Shown piece after piece: positions 62,809 to 64,000 of a stretch of DNA of 64,000 nucleotides. The stretch is from NCBI RefSeq assembly GCF_001194135.2, contig NC_069004.1, positions 25,836,600-25,900,599 on the forward strand, in the 5' to 3' direction. The translations under genes and the position numbers were made by a program. This stretch comes from Octopus bimaculoides. Lineage: Eukaryota. How positions within the stretch are numbered: position 1 is the stretch's first letter; every line of letters begins with the position of its first letter. The notes under the pieces were generated by a model that saw only the letters and a list, made by a program, of their open reading frames with translations, ran no database searches and had not been told where the DNA came from.

Positions 62809-63415
62809 AATGATGGGCTTCTTTCAGTTTCTGTCTACCAAATCCACTCACAAGGCTTTGGTTGGCCAAGGCTATAGTAGAAGACACTTGCCCAAGGTGC
62901 CATGCAGTGGGACTGAACCCAGAACTATGTAGTTGGGAAGCAAGCTTCTTACCACACAGCCACACCTGCGTCTATGTTGCATTATGTCAAGACAGACACT
63001 CAAATGCTCTCTTTCTCACACACTTTTCTCTTTTAATTCTTTGTCATTGGGCTGTGACCATGCTGGGGCATCACATTGAAGGATTTTGTTGAACAAATCA
63101 ATCCCAGTATACTATCTTTTTTTTTAAAGCCTGGTACTTATTCTATCAGGCTCTTTTGCTGAACTGCTAAGTAACAGGGTTGTAAACAAACCAACATCTG
63201 CTGTCAAGTGGTGGTGGTAGGGGGACAAACTAATACACACACACACACACACACACCCATGCCAAGCTTCTTTCAGTTTCCATCTTCCAAATCCACTTAC
63301 AAGGCTTTGGATGACTTGGAGCTATATTAGAAGACACTTACCCAAAGTGACATGCAGTGGGACTGAACCCAGAACCATATGGATGGGAAACAAACTTCTC
63401 AACCACACAGCTATG
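62721..63415 (-). mobile_element. Two tandem SINE family 2 copies. Others at about 25730, 28845, 31030, 32430, 50680, 55405 and 58530
   Basis: Repeated GGGCTTCTTTCAGTTTC..CCAAATCCACTCACAAGG..GTGGGACTGAACCCAGAACC motifs. Confidence 0.85.
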
Positions 63416-63429
63416 CTTACACCTTGTTC

Positions 63430-63560
63430 TACAGGGTGTCCACAAAGTCTGGGTACATGGGGATTAACACATACTTTATGAAATTATTATTTCTTATATT
63501 TAATTGTTTATGTTATGATTTTATTTACTCCATGTACCCAGACCTTGTGGACACCCTGTA
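63430..63560. mobile_element. Tc1/mariner-type MITE (127 bp)
   Basis: TA TSDs; 29-bp TIRs CAGGGTGTCCACAA(A/G)GTCTGGGTACATGG with 1 mismatch. Confidence 0.9.
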
Positions 63561-64000
63561 TAACTAATATTTATGTCAGACCTATTATCTGGGAATACAT
63601 TATCCAATGTAACCTTTCATCTTTAACATGGTAAGGTATTGAGTTGAAGGGGATTTTGCTGCTATTTCTTGCAAATAGAGCAACCACATAGAAATTTTTC
63701 CATTTGCTCTTTATCATTTCCGTCAAGTGCAACACTTTGAAATAAAGGTACCACACACACATTCAGTAACTCATTCTCATCATGACGTTTTCTGTTTTTT
63801 GTCTCTCTTCCACTTCATATAGTTCTTTCACCCTTTCTCTCTCGCTTTCTCATTCTCTCACTCATTTACTCTCTCTCTCTCTCTATGGTTCTCTCATTCA
63901 CTTCATAGTTAGGAGACTAAAAAAAAAAAAGAAAATAGAGAAGTTTGGCTCACTAGGCCACAAGTATGTATGTGTGTGTTCATGTATACACCTCTATATG

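Overview
AT-rich eukaryotic genomic DNA, dense in SINEs, MITEs and microsatellites, with 13 N-gaps. The repeat landscape suggests Octopus or another coleoid cephalopod; this is from recall and was not searched. The only solid protein gene is a complete mitochondrial NADP-dependent isocitrate dehydrogenase (IDH2) on the minus strand. It has 11 coding exons (42777 to 3611), all introns are GT-AG, and the CDS is 1341 nt / 446 aa with an N-terminal transit peptide. I assembled it by hand because the ORF track shows only fragments. The rest is intronic or intergenic: a frameshifted piggyBac transposase fossil in intron 10, two TTAA-flanked piggyBac MITE families, hAT and Tc1/mariner MITEs, two LINE RT fossils, at least five SINE-like families and several foldback elements. 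I found no unambiguous new biological system. The best leads are: (i) a probable bidirectional promoter with a divergent + strand first exon at about 43.6 kb; (ii) a CpG-retaining domain of about 20 kb centred on that promoter; (iii) a polarity switch in SINE orientation near 23-25 kb; (iv) inverted MITE pairs in IDH2 introns that could form ADAR substrates; (v) a minimal hammerhead-ribozyme relic; (vi) nested palindromic elements. Repeat boundaries are approximate unless TIR/TSD coordinates are given, and all copy counts are by eye.
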